Origin: a bacterium
GTDB taxonomy: Bacteria; Zhuqueibacterota; Zhuqueibacteria; Residuimicrobiales; Krinioviventaceae
Assembly: GCA_963693055.1 (NCBI GenBank)
Contig: OY843751.1
Coordinates: 96,001 to 160,000 of the forward strand
Direction: 5' to 3'
DNA: 64,000 bases
Under the pieces are notes generated by a model. It had not been told where the DNA came from. It was given only the letters and a program-made list of their open reading frames with translations, and did no database searches. Position 1 is the first letter of the stretch, and every line of letters begins with the position of its first letter. Below, piece after piece: positions 41,859 to 51,780 of the stretch. The translations under genes and the position numbers were made by a program.

Positions 41859-42320
41859 ATGTTACAATCAGAATTTGCACAACTGTTTAACGAGAATTTG
41901 TTTATACCCGATATGAAAGCAGAAACCAAGGAAGATGCTCTTGCCGAATTGCTCGAATTGTTTGTGCAGGAAAAAATAGTTAAAAATAAACAAATTGTTA
42001 TGGAAATGCTTCGTCAACGGGAGACTCTTGGCAGTACTGGCATTGGTAACGGTGTTGCAATACCCCATGGCAGAACAACAGCAGCAACAGATGTATTTAT
42101 TGCCTTTGGTAAAGTACAAAAAGGCATGGATTTTGATGCAATAGATAAAAAACCGGTGAGTTTGTTCTTTATGATTATTGCACCACCTTTGGACGAGGAA
42201 AACAAATATTTGCCCGCACTGGGATCGCTGGTTACCTTGTTAAAAGATGATGCAAACCGTAAAAAGTTTGCCGGTGTTGAATCTTTTACCGATTTTATTT
42301 CTATAATCAGTGGAGAATAA
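41859..42320 (+). CDS. PTS EIIA (PtsN-like) protein
   Basis: RETLGSTGIGNGVAIPHG with the phospho-histidine. Confidence 0.9.
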   Translation: MLQSEFAQLFNENLFIPDMKAETKEDALAELLELFVQEKIVKNKQIVMEMLRQRETLGSTGIGNGVAIPHGRTTAATDVFIAFGKVQKGMDFDAIDKKPVSLFFMIIAPPLDEENKYLPALGSLVTLLKDDANRKKFAGVESFTDFISIISGE

Positions 42321-42325
42321 GAAAC

Positions 42326-42658
42326 ATGAACAAAGAATTAGAAGCCTTGATAACCCTGCAAGATATTGATTTGATGATTGAAGAAGCCAATGAAGTTGAA
42401 AAACTCGGCTTTTCCATTACCGGCAATACTGAACTTGCCAAAGCCCGCGAAGAAATGGCATCCAAGATTAAAAAGCCCTTGTTATTCAGATACGAAAGAT
42501 TACGCGCTAAATTGAAACGCGCCATCGTTCCGGTAAAAAATGATATCTGCCTGGGTTGTTTCCTCAGACAACCTACATCTATAGGCGCAAAAGGTAGAGA
42601 AGAGAGCGATCTGTTTACCTGTGAAAATTGCGGCCGAATGCTTTATTGGCTGGACTGA
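42326..42658 (+). CDS. C4-type zinc-ribbon protein (short form)
   Basis: LQDID start; CLGC...CENCGRMLY. Confidence 0.75.
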   Translation: MNKELEALITLQDIDLMIEEANEVEKLGFSITGNTELAKAREEMASKIKKPLLFRYERLRAKLKRAIVPVKNDICLGCFLRQPTSIGAKGREESDLFTCENCGRMLYWLD

Positions 42659-42673
42659 TTGATACTGATAATC

Positions 42674-42706
42674 AAAAAAGGCTGCTTGAAAAAGCAGCCT
42701 TTTTTT
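42674..42706. terminator. Bidirectional intrinsic terminator
   Basis: AAAAAAGGCTGCTT-GAAA-AAGCAGCCTTTTTT between convergent genes. Confidence 0.85.
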
Positions 42707-43898
42707 AGATAATGCCTAATTTCTTTCCCACGATTCCAAAGATTTCAAGGACCTGGTCCAATTCTTCCTCAGAGTGGGTTGCCATGTAACTGGTACGCAG
42801 TAAAGACATTCCGGGTGGTACTGCAGGACTTATCACCGGATTTACAAAAACGCCCGCTTCAAACAACATTTTCCAGAACATAAAAGTTTTGTCATCTTTT
42901 CCAATAATAATGGGTATGATAGGAGTTTCTGTGTTTCCGGTATTGAAACCTAGATCCTCATAGCCTTTTTTCATTTTACGATAATTGTTCCAAAGCTTGT
43001 CAATGCGTTCCGGTTCCTGTTGCATGATTTCGAGACATTTAAGTACAGTTGCAACTGCTGCAGGCGGTGGGCTGGCGGAAAATATTAGTGCACGTGAATT
43101 GTGTTTGATGAAATGGATTACATCTTCCGCACCTGCTATGAATCCACCAATGCTTGCAAAAGTTTTGCTGAATGTTCCCATTACCAGATCTACTTCTTTT
43201 TCCAATCCGAAATGAGATGCGGTACCGCGGCCATTGTTTCCCAGTATACCAATAGAGTGGGCATCATCCACCATTATACGTGCATTATGTTTTTGTGCAA
43301 TTTTAACCAATTCAGGCAGGTTCACAATATCCCCACCCATGCTAAAAACACCATCCGTTACAACGAGTGTGCCGTGATCGTTATTGTTATTGAGTGTTAA
43401 GACACGATCCAGATCTTCCATATCGTTATGGCGGTAATGCAATGCCTTGCCGAATGAGAGACGCGTACCATCAACGATGCTGGCGTGGTTTTCATTGTCG
43501 CCAACTATCAGATCTTTTCGTCCCACAATTGTAGAAATGGTGCCCTGGTTGGTTTGAAATCCGGTTGAAAACAGCAGCGAGGCTTCCATATTCATAAATT
43601 CAGCCAGTTTGTCTTCAAGCTCTTCATGAATATCGAGCGTACCGTTCAAGAATCGAGAACCGGTACAACCTGAGCCATATTTGTCAATAGCGTCTTTTGC
43701 TGCCTGTTTTACCCGCTCATCCTGGGTGAGACCCAAGTAATTGTTGGAGCCAATCATGATCATTTTTTGTCCGTTGATACGGACTTCTGTGTCGGCCCCG
43801 GTTTCTATTGCTTTGAAATAGGGATACCAGCCATCCTGCAATGCCTGTCGCGCTCTTGCCGCAACTCCTCCTGAACACTTGCTAAACAGGTCTGCCAA
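42705..43898 (-). CDS. Alpha-oxoamine synthase, probable serine palmitoyltransferase
   Basis: YPYF, GSNNYLGL, GSRFLNGTLDIH, DDAH, GTFSK (PLP lysine); resembles Bacteroides-type SPT more than BioF/Kbl. Confidence 0.75.
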   Translation of the reverse strand: MADLFSKCSGGVAARARQALQDGWYPYFKAIETGADTEVRINGQKMIMIGSNNYLGLTQDERVKQAAKDAIDKYGSGCTGSRFLNGTLDIHEELEDKLAEFMNMEASLLFSTGFQTNQGTISTIVGRKDLIVGDNENHASIVDGTRLSFGKALHYRHNDMEDLDRVLTLNNNNDHGTLVVTDGVFSMGGDIVNLPELVKIAQKHNARIMVDDAHSIGILGNNGRGTASHFGLEKEVDLVMGTFSKTFASIGGFIAGAEDVIHFIKHNSRALIFSASPPPAAVATVLKCLEIMQQEPERIDKLWNNYRKMKKGYEDLGFNTGNTETPIIPIIIGKDDKTFMFWKMLFEAGVFVNPVISPAVPPGMSLLRTSYMATHSEEELDQVLEIFGIVGKKLGII

Positions 43899-44111
43899 TC
43901 TTATTCTCCTTACCGTTCTATCTATATTAAATTTGATTACAAAAACAAGTGTTGATAATGTTGTACATTCAGATAGGTGATCTTTGCTAATATAGGAATT
44001 CGCCTACATTTTGTCAAGAAATTACTCTGAATTTGAAATCAGGAGAATTAAATGTTCTTGAGAAAAATTTGTTGAATGCTTACCTTAATTTATAAATTCA
44101 AGGAGGAAGTT

Positions 44112-45089
44112 TTGATAGCGCTGGTAACCGGAAGCAATGGATTTATTGGCTCATTTCTGGTAGAACATTTAATTCAGCAGGGGCATACTGTCAGGTGCCT
44201 GGTGCGTAAAACCAGTAATCTGAAATGGCTGAATGGTCTTGATGTAGAATATGTTTACGGAGAGTTGAATGATCCTGCCAGCCTGAATTTGGCTGTTAAA
44301 GATGTGGATTGGGTATTTCATCTTGCAGGTGTGACCAAAGCCCGGGATGAAGCGGGCTACATTAAAGCCAACACAACCGGTACCCGAAACCTGTTGAATG
44401 CTTGTCGGGATCATTCGAACATTAATAAATTTGTTTTTGTCTCCAGTCAGGCTGCGGGAGGGCCAGCTGTCAATGGTAAGGCACGGACTGAGTTTGACGA
44501 GCCTGCACCGGTATCCGCTTATGGGCGCTCTAAATTACTTGCGGAAAATGCCGTTCTGGATTACAAGGATGCATTTCCGGTCACCATCATCCGGCCGCCA
44601 TCGGTCTATGGTCCCCGTGATGTGGATGTGTACCAGATATTTCAGCAGGTCAACCGGGGGTTGCTGCCGGTTTTGGGTTTCGGTAATGGACGCGCAAGTA
44701 TGGTTTATATCGATGATCTGTTGGACGGGATGCTGCTTGCCGCGCAGGACCCAAAAGCGGACGGAAAGATTTTTTACATCTCGGGCGATGGCGAGCCCAC
44801 ATGGAAAGCCATTGGCAGATTGTTGGGACATGCACTGAGGAAAAAGCCGGTTACGTTGTTTGTACCCCCGTTTGTGTTGGATCTGCTATCGTTTTATGGA
44901 TTGGCAGTCACTCGTATAACCGGTAAAACTCCGCTGTTGAATCCCGACAAGATCCGTGAGATGAAGCAAAAACACTGGCTGTGCTCAAATCAGCGCGCCA
45001 AAAAAGAACTGGGCTACGCACCGAAAATCCCCTTGGCAGAGGGATTTGTACGCACCGCAGAATGGTATAAAAACGAGGGATGGTTGTAA
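44112..45089 (+). CDS. NAD-dependent epimerase/dehydratase (extended SDR)
   Basis: TGSNGFIG, HLAG, YGRSK and VYGPRD motifs; TTG start after AGGAGG. Confidence 0.88.
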   Translation: MIALVTGSNGFIGSFLVEHLIQQGHTVRCLVRKTSNLKWLNGLDVEYVYGELNDPASLNLAVKDVDWVFHLAGVTKARDEAGYIKANTTGTRNLLNACRDHSNINKFVFVSSQAAGGPAVNGKARTEFDEPAPVSAYGRSKLLAENAVLDYKDAFPVTIIRPPSVYGPRDVDVYQIFQQVNRGLLPVLGFGNGRASMVYIDDLLDGMLLAAQDPKADGKIFYISGDGEPTWKAIGRLLGHALRKKPVTLFVPPFVLDLLSFYGLAVTRITGKTPLLNPDKIREMKQKHWLCSNQRAKKELGYAPKIPLAEGFVRTAEWYKNEGWL

Positions 45090-45095
45090 TCCTTT

Positions 45096-46094
45096 TCAAT
45101 CCACCAGCACCGGCATGTCCCCGTTCCAGGTGACGCGTTTTTTAGACAGATACCAGGTTTTGCCGTTATCATTGTTTCCCTGGAAGAACAGATAAATCTG
45201 TCCGTCCTGGTCCACAAACACCCCGGGATGCCCGGACTCGCTGGCGTTCCATTCCCCCGGATTCCCATTGGGCAGTATGGGACTTTGCGACAGTCGTTTC
45301 CATTGGATTCCGTCCCGGCTCACTGCACAACCGATCTGCTGTGGCTGGTTGTTATAGGCCCCGGCGTAAAACATGTACAATTTTTCATTATGCTCAAACA
45401 CGGTTGCCGCTTCAATACAGGTTTTTTCCCAGTCCAGTTCGGGTACCAAAATGGGATAATCGGTGAGCTGTTTCCAGGTATCCCTGCCATAATCCGAGTT
45501 AAGCGGGGCCGCTGCCACGCCCTGTATCTGATAGGTGTACGAGGTGTCGCGTGTGGCAAAATAGAGCAGCAGCTTATCTTGCCAGGCAAAAGCATCCGCA
45601 TCAATGGCGCGGCCAATGGTCCATTCCCCATGCGGAGCGAATATGGGATTGCTCTCATTGCGGGTAAAATGGATACCGTCAACAGACCATGCGTGACAAA
45701 TGGCATCTTTTTCACGATTGCCATAGGTCTGGTAAAACAGGTGCAGGGTGTCGTTCAGCACAATGGCACCGGGTGCGCATATACCCTTGCTCTCATAATC
45801 ATGCGCGGGCGGGAGCTCTGCAATCTTTTGCCAGTGGGTCAGGTCTTTGCTTTCGGCAATGCCAATACCATAACCGTCGTTTTCGCGTCCGTCTCTGAAT
45901 GGGCGCATGGTATAGTACAGCAAATACCGTCCTTTGTACCAGGCCACATCCGGGTCTTTGGCAAAGGGCTCACCTCGTGAAGAATCCGCAAACATCATGG
46001 CGGGTTTAGCGCCTGTTTGCGGCACGGTTTCCGATTGGCTGCAGAATACCAGTAATGCTGCCAAAAAGAGTGTGCTCAACACCAGCTTTTTCAT
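45096..46094 (-). CDS. Five-bladed beta-propeller glycoside hydrolase (GH43/GH32-like), lipoprotein
   Basis: AKDP, ICAPG, AIDAD, CIEA and GHPG motifs; LLVFC lipobox-like. Confidence 0.75.
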   Translation of the reverse strand: MKKLVLSTLFLAALLVFCSQSETVPQTGAKPAMMFADSSRGEPFAKDPDVAWYKGRYLLYYTMRPFRDGRENDGYGIGIAESKDLTHWQKIAELPPAHDYESKGICAPGAIVLNDTLHLFYQTYGNREKDAICHAWSVDGIHFTRNESNPIFAPHGEWTIGRAIDADAFAWQDKLLLYFATRDTSYTYQIQGVAAAPLNSDYGRDTWKQLTDYPILVPELDWEKTCIEAATVFEHNEKLYMFYAGAYNNQPQQIGCAVSRDGIQWKRLSQSPILPNGNPGEWNASESGHPGVFVDQDGQIYLFFQGNNDNGKTWYLSKKRVTWNGDMPVLVD

Positions 46095-47261
46095 CTAGTC
46101 TACCTTTTCCCTGAAATTCTCGATGCGATGAAAGGTTATATAGTTTGCATCGTGACAACCGGGGGGTGTTTCTTTACCGTCATCCCAGGCTGTGCGGGAT
46201 ACAAAGATGATATCGTCACCCTCAAAATGCCAGTCGGTGTACTGGAACCCGGTGATCTTGAAATTGGGATTCTCTAAAATAACCGCACGGATTTCCCAGT
46301 TTTTCAGGTCTTTGGAGCGGATGAGTGCCTGGGTGTTGCGGGTACGTTCAGGGTTCGGATTGCGGTATTTTTCCTGTATCCAGTTGGATAAGGACCAGTA
46401 ATATCCGGATTCGGGGTCAAACCGTATGGAGAATTTCTTGCATCCACCGGGGAATTCGATAATGTCGTCAGGGGGATTAAATTCGGATTTCCCGTCCGGT
46501 TGAATGTGGATGACCGCAGCCGTGCCGCCGGTTTCGGTATCGTGACGCAGAATGTTAACCAGCTCGCCGTCAGGGGTGAATATAGCATTACCTTCCAAAA
46601 ATCCGCCGCCGGGCCATTCCGTGTTCCAGGGAATACGTTCCGATTCGGTCCAGGATGATGCGTCCAACAGGTCTGCGTCTACCGGTGCGGACATGGTAAA
46701 CGAGATAAAACATTCACCCCATTTTTTAGACTTGTCGGTTTCTTCGAAAGAGCGGTACAATCTGCCGTTATGTTCGGTAACAGGCATAGGAGCGCAGTGA
46801 TAATGACCGTCATTGTGCAGCAGACCGGATTTCTCATCAACAGGTTCGGTCCAGGTAGCACCGCCATCGTCCGAACGCCGGATGATCATTTGTCCATGCT
46901 GATTATTGGTGCCCAGAATATAAAGCGCCCCCTTGTGCACAAACAAATTAGACCAGAACTGTTTTTCAAGTGTGGCAATCAGTTTCCAGGTTTTACCCTT
47001 GTCCGTTGATCTGAAAATGCGGCTCTTTGAGTCATCCGCTTCCTTGGAATTGGGGCCAAAAAAATCATGCGAGGCCACATAGCTGCCATCCGGCAGAATC
47101 GCCAAACTGGGAGAGCCCATATATAATCCTGATGACGGGGCAGAATAGGTCACAACCACTCCGGGGGGAGGCGTGTAAACATCTTTGGAAGCGCATCCGG
47201 TTATTATAAATATTGAACAGAGAACAATGGATACCCATGCTACAATTCTTGGTTTTGACAT
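46095..47261 (-). CDS. BNR/Asp-box sialidase-like lipoprotein, paralogue A
   Basis: STDKGKTW, SDDGGATW and SKDLKNW Asp-boxes; ITGC lipobox. Confidence 0.8.
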   Translation of the reverse strand: MSKPRIVAWVSIVLCSIFIITGCASKDVYTPPPGVVVTYSAPSSGLYMGSPSLAILPDGSYVASHDFFGPNSKEADDSKSRIFRSTDKGKTWKLIATLEKQFWSNLFVHKGALYILGTNNQHGQMIIRRSDDGGATWTEPVDEKSGLLHNDGHYHCAPMPVTEHNGRLYRSFEETDKSKKWGECFISFTMSAPVDADLLDASSWTESERIPWNTEWPGGGFLEGNAIFTPDGELVNILRHDTETGGTAAVIHIQPDGKSEFNPPDDIIEFPGGCKKFSIRFDPESGYYWSLSNWIQEKYRNPNPERTRNTQALIRSKDLKNWEIRAVILENPNFKITGFQYTDWHFEGDDIIFVSRTAWDDGKETPPGCHDANYITFHRIENFREKVD

Positions 47262-47311
47262 GGAGCGTGATTCCTTTTATGGTGTATGTTTTGTTGTTTA
47301 TTCTTGGTTTA

Positions 47312-48472
47312 TTAATCCATTTTTGTTCTAAAGTTTTTGATACGGTGAAAAGTTATATAATTGGCATCATGGCAATTGGTGGGTGTGCCCCTGCCGTCAT
47401 CCCAGGCCGTGCGCGACAGGAATATGATGTCGTTTCCCTCGAATTGCCAATCCACATACTGGAAACCGGTAATTTTGACATCCGGGTGTTCTAGAATGAT
47501 AGAGCGGATTTCCCAGTTCAGCAGGTCTTTTGAACGAATAAGCGTTTGCGTATTGCGTACCATAGAAGGGGTTGGGGTTCGATATTTTTCCTGGATCCAG
47601 TTGGATAATGACCAGTAATATCCGGATTCCGGATCAAAACGAATGACGAATTTTTTACTGCCGCCGGGAAAGGAAATTATATTTTTAGCAGGATCGAATT
47701 GGGAAGAGCCATCCGGGTTAATGTGGATGACTGTAGCAGAGCCGCCATTTTTTGAATCATGACGAAGGATGTTTAACAGGTTTCCCTCAGGTGTGAATAC
47801 GGCATTGCCTTCAAGATAACCGTTGCCGGGCCATTCAGGATTAAAGGGAATGCGCTCTGTACTGGTCCAGGATGCGGCATTAAGCAGATCGGCATCTACC
47901 GGCGCGGATATAACAAAAGCGAGAAAGCTTTCACCCCAACCGTTGAGGTCTCTGCGCTCTTCAAATGCACGATACAGTCTGCCGTTATGTTCGATTACCG
48001 GCATGGGCGCGCAATGATATTTACTATCACTGTACAAAAGACCGGATTTGTCGTCAACCGGCTCTGTCCATGTTACACCACCATCATCAGAACGTCGGAT
48101 TGACATAAAACCCGTTTGATTGCGGGTACCCAGAATATAGAGGGCGCCCTTGTGCACAAACAGATTGGACCAGTACTGATATTTAATAGTAGAAATCTGT
48201 TTCCAGGTTTCACCCTTGTCTGTTGATTTGAAGATTCTTGTAATAGCTTCAGTATGTTCAGTTGAATTGGGTCCATACTCGTCGTGCGAGGCCAGATAAC
48301 TGCCGTCCGGCAGAATTGCCAGGCTGGGAGAACCGGTATAAATCCCGGAAGATGGTGGAGAATAGGTCACTACCACACCGGGTGGCGGGCTAATTTCTGA
48401 TTTGGGGGAACAGCCGGTTAATGCAAGAATACAAAGAGTGATAATGCCGAATAAAAAAAACCTGGATTTCAT
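47312..48472 (-). CDS. BNR/Asp-box sialidase-like lipoprotein, paralogue B
   Basis: STDKGETW and SDDGGVTW Asp-boxes; LTGC lipobox; collinear with paralogue A. Confidence 0.8.
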   Translation of the reverse strand: MKSRFFLFGIITLCILALTGCSPKSEISPPPGVVVTYSPPSSGIYTGSPSLAILPDGSYLASHDEYGPNSTEHTEAITRIFKSTDKGETWKQISTIKYQYWSNLFVHKGALYILGTRNQTGFMSIRRSDDGGVTWTEPVDDKSGLLYSDSKYHCAPMPVIEHNGRLYRAFEERRDLNGWGESFLAFVISAPVDADLLNAASWTSTERIPFNPEWPGNGYLEGNAVFTPEGNLLNILRHDSKNGGSATVIHINPDGSSQFDPAKNIISFPGGSKKFVIRFDPESGYYWSLSNWIQEKYRTPTPSMVRNTQTLIRSKDLLNWEIRSIILEHPDVKITGFQYVDWQFEGNDIIFLSRTAWDDGRGTPTNCHDANYITFHRIKNFRTKMD

Positions 48473-48568
48473 GAATAGCTCCGTTTCAAGTTAGAATTTT
48501 TAACAATAATATTTTTAAGATTTTGACAAAACCGTGCCCCTTTTGGTTTGTGATGTATTGTATTGCTA

Positions 48569-49804
48569 TTATTTTATCTCCCGAATGGCCCGAATGCGTT
48601 CCATCACCGGTGGGTGAGAATAGTTGAAAAACACATAAACCGGATGCGGACGCAGGTTGCCAAGATTGTGCACCACCAGCTTTTTCAAAGCTTCGATAAA
48701 GGTCTCACCCTCTTTGGTGGTCTCTACCGCGAACCGGTCCGCTTCGTACTCGTGTTTGCGTGAGGATATCTGCATGAAAATAGACAAGATCATTTCAATG
48801 GGGGAGTAGAGCATCCCAAAGAATAACAGTCCGGCATATACGGATATATTCTGCATATAAAACGCGTCAAACAATCCTTTTTGTGAAATAAACAGCGACA
48901 GCAGAAAAAACATTACACCCGAGTGTGCAATACTGATAATCATACCTTTGAGGATGTGTTTCTTTTTATAATGCCCGATCTCGTGCGCAAGCACACCCAC
49001 CAGCTCGCCAACGGTATGTCGTTCTACCAGGGTGTCGAACAAGGCGATGCGTTTGTTCTTGCCGAATCCGGTGAAAAACGCATTGGATTTGCTGGAGCGT
49101 TTAGAGCCGTCCATAATCATTACTTCTTTGAGCGGGAACTTTACCTCTTTTGCCATTTGCATGATACTGCTTTTGAGCTCGCCGTCTTCAATGGGCTTGA
49201 ATTTGTTAAACAGGGGCATGATCCATGTGGGGGCAATGTACTGGATGATGAGTGTGAAAATAGTTACCACAATCCAGCAATACAGCCAGGCCAGACTGCC
49301 GGCGTACTGGAAAAATGCCAAAACGCCTGCCAGCAGTGGCCCCCCAATGAGGATGCCAAGAAAGATACCTTTGATGATATCCAGAATAAACGTTTTTACC
49401 GTGGTTTGATTGAATCCGAATTTTTCTTCAATCACAAATGTGGAATAGATGCTGAACGGCAGCCCGATGATCATACGCGCCGCTACAAGAATGCCCATAT
49501 AGGCCAGACCGGTCAAGATCTCGTGCAGGTTCCAGGCGCGCACAATGGAATCCAGATACTGGAATCCACCCGCGAACCAAAATACCAGGGTGACAACCAG
49601 CCCGAAGGTAGCGGTTATGAAACCAAAACGGGTATTGACACGGGTATAATCCTGTGATTTACGGTACTTTTCCGCGTCGTAATAGCCCTCAAATTCCTGC
49701 GGCAGCTCACCGCTAAGAGATTTCAGGTTGAGCAGGTCTGTTATCAGATCAATTACATAATCCAGAATAATTGTAGCGAGTATAATAATAGCATATATGT
49801 TCAT
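48569..49804 (-). CDS. M48 (Ste24-like) membrane zinc metalloprotease
   Basis: NAFFTG, LAHEIGH, EYEAD and SHPP motifs; multiple TM helices. Confidence 0.92.
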   Translation of the reverse strand: MNIYAIIILATIILDYVIDLITDLLNLKSLSGELPQEFEGYYDAEKYRKSQDYTRVNTRFGFITATFGLVVTLVFWFAGGFQYLDSIVRAWNLHEILTGLAYMGILVAARMIIGLPFSIYSTFVIEEKFGFNQTTVKTFILDIIKGIFLGILIGGPLLAGVLAFFQYAGSLAWLYCWIVVTIFTLIIQYIAPTWIMPLFNKFKPIEDGELKSSIMQMAKEVKFPLKEVMIMDGSKRSSKSNAFFTGFGKNKRIALFDTLVERHTVGELVGVLAHEIGHYKKKHILKGMIISIAHSGVMFFLLSLFISQKGLFDAFYMQNISVYAGLLFFGMLYSPIEMILSIFMQISSRKHEYEADRFAVETTKEGETFIEALKKLVVHNLGNLRPHPVYVFFNYSHPPVMERIRAIREIK

Positions 49805-49816
49805 TGGGCATTCCTG

Positions 49817-51061
49817 TTATTGATTCATGGGTACGGTTGCTTTATAGAGCAGTGCGGGTGACTCTGTTTTTACGGAATAGGGCATATCAGCGGGAACGAA
49901 AAACGCCTCGCCCCGTTTGCGGTTGATCACATTGGTTTTGCCGCAAACGTCTACTGATCCCTCTAAAACGATCCATATATCGGCGCCGTGTTGTTCCTGG
50001 CTTTTATATCGATTATCACGATCAATACAAACACGGGACAGTTCAAAATCAGGTGCCGGGGTAGAGTAGACAGATTCAACTTTGGAAATATTTTCTCCCC
50101 TGATGATATCGGGGTGTTGGCCTTTAAAATTCAGGGTTTTTAGCAGTTCCGGTACATCCACATGTTTGGGGGTTAATCCCCCGCGCAGCACATTGTCCGA
50201 GTTTGCCATCAATTCCATATTGGTGCCCTGCAGATAGGCGTGCGGTGCTCCGGCTGCCTGAAAAGTGGCTTCCCCGGGTTTGAGGTGGATCAAATTAAAC
50301 AGATAAAGAGAAAATATCCCCCGATCGCGATGACCGCCTTCAATTGGGAATTTTATTGATGCCTGTACTGCCCAGTAATCGGGGTTCTCTTTGTTCAATT
50401 CACGATTGTAATATTTGGGTGTCAAGCGGCTCAGCATGGGATTCAGGATTGAATCCACTTCTGTTTGGGGCAGCTGCATGATATGACTATACAGTGCCTC
50501 AATGCCACCCTCTTTAAAAACGGGCAACAGTGATGCAAACTCTTCGGTCTTTTCTAAAAGATGATCAATCTCCTGGGCTTCGCGAAAGCTGTGCAGCATC
50601 CAAAAATCGGTCAGGGCTACATGCACTTCCGGCTTGTGGTTGTCGTCTTTGTAATTGCGGTTTGGTGCATTCAGCGCAATGCCTGCCTTGTTTTCACGTT
50701 CAAAGCCAGCTTCTGCCTGTTCCTTTGAGGGGTGCACCTGAATAGAGAGCATGTCTCTTGCGTCCAATACTTTGAACAGATACGGCAAACTTGGGCCAAA
50801 CCGATCAAGGGTTTCTTTGCCAAGCAGCATGTCCGGCGATTTGTTGATCAGTTCATTCAATAACGCCTGATCGTCATGAACGCAGGCCGTTGAAGGGGCC
50901 TTGTCGTGCGCGCCTAGCCAGTATTCGGCAAAAGATTTTTGGTCATTGTTTTCAATGTTAATCAAATTGGGGATATAGCGGGTGCCGCCCCAACTGTAAT
51001 GCTGTACAACACCTGTTAATTCAAAAATATATGGTTTTTTTAACGGTTCTGATAAGCTCAT
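49817..51061 (-). CDS. manA: Mannose-6-phosphate isomerase, class I
   Basis: YSWGG, AEYWLGAH, LSIQVHP, NHKPE, PHAY and NSDNVLRGGLTPK motifs. Confidence 0.93.
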   Translation of the reverse strand: MSLSEPLKKPYIFELTGVVQHYSWGGTRYIPNLINIENNDQKSFAEYWLGAHDKAPSTACVHDDQALLNELINKSPDMLLGKETLDRFGPSLPYLFKVLDARDMLSIQVHPSKEQAEAGFERENKAGIALNAPNRNYKDDNHKPEVHVALTDFWMLHSFREAQEIDHLLEKTEEFASLLPVFKEGGIEALYSHIMQLPQTEVDSILNPMLSRLTPKYYNRELNKENPDYWAVQASIKFPIEGGHRDRGIFSLYLFNLIHLKPGEATFQAAGAPHAYLQGTNMELMANSDNVLRGGLTPKHVDVPELLKTLNFKGQHPDIIRGENISKVESVYSTPAPDFELSRVCIDRDNRYKSQEQHGADIWIVLEGSVDVCGKTNVINRKRGEAFFVPADMPYSVKTESPALLYKATVPMNQ

Positions 51062-51223
51062 AGAATCTCCGGTTTTCTTATAAAATACTAATTTATAAAC
51101 ATTATTGAAACAGTAAAATTGGACCGTTCTGTTCATTGCTTTGCTTGTCAGGTAAAAAGAAATAGTCCGTAGCCAGAGCCTGTGGCCCGGGTTTCATACA
51201 TTTAAAAAAATCCCGGGAGAATT

Positions 51224-51780
51224 GTCTGAATTAAGATTTTTAAGATTCAAGGATGAAAGGATAAAAAATAGGCCCGATTAGCTGTAGAACGGATTTTTTT
51301 TCGTTTACCCACCTCAGGTGGGTTATAAATAACCGCAGATTAAAATGTTTTCTTTGTGGCTTAATGCCTTTGTGAGATTTTTTTATGGGTCACACAAAGG
51401 CGCCAAGGCACCAAGAAAAACAGCCATACTATGATTCGTGGGCAATTTGCCGATCATGACGGAGAAAAGTGCAGCGTTCTGCCTCACGCTTAAAAGCCGG
51501 TTGCTGAATGCGAGTCTGTTAAAGCGGACGAGCGTATCGAAGCATTGGCGATTCATTCTCGTGTACGGGCTCGACCTGGTTTCGCATCGTCTGAATTAAG
51601 ATTAATAGGATGAAAAGATTATAGGACTAAAAACAAACCAAAGTGACACAAACAATGTAGAACGAAATGTATTTCGTTTGTCCGCTGAAAGCGGACTGCC
51701 TCCCTTTATTATCAATAACCGGTGCCTGAGTTTGAATCCATTCGCCAAGGGTGAATGGATTCAAGTATCGAAGGCCTGGT
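51224..51780. repeat. Cluster of short palindromic, REP-like and direct repeats
   Basis: GTCTGAATTAAGATT at 51224 and 51589; GTAG-led hairpins at 51284 and 51657; imperfect IR ~51347-51420; TTGAATCCATTCGCC...GGTGAATGGATTCAA hairpin ~51732-51764. Confidence 0.75.

Noticed and set aside
45228-49657. Long opposite-strand ORFs (45228-45980, 48923-49657; also 8204-8884, 28467-29123)
   Set aside because: Shadow frames antisense to well-supported genes, with no motifs of their own
51567-51590. tmRNA 5' end (GGGCTCGACCTGGTTTCG)
   Set aside because: Short partial match only; no tag ORF or 3' T-loop/CCA end recognised downstream
51224-51780. CRISPR array
   Set aside because: Repeats are few, heterogeneous and irregularly spaced; no cas genes
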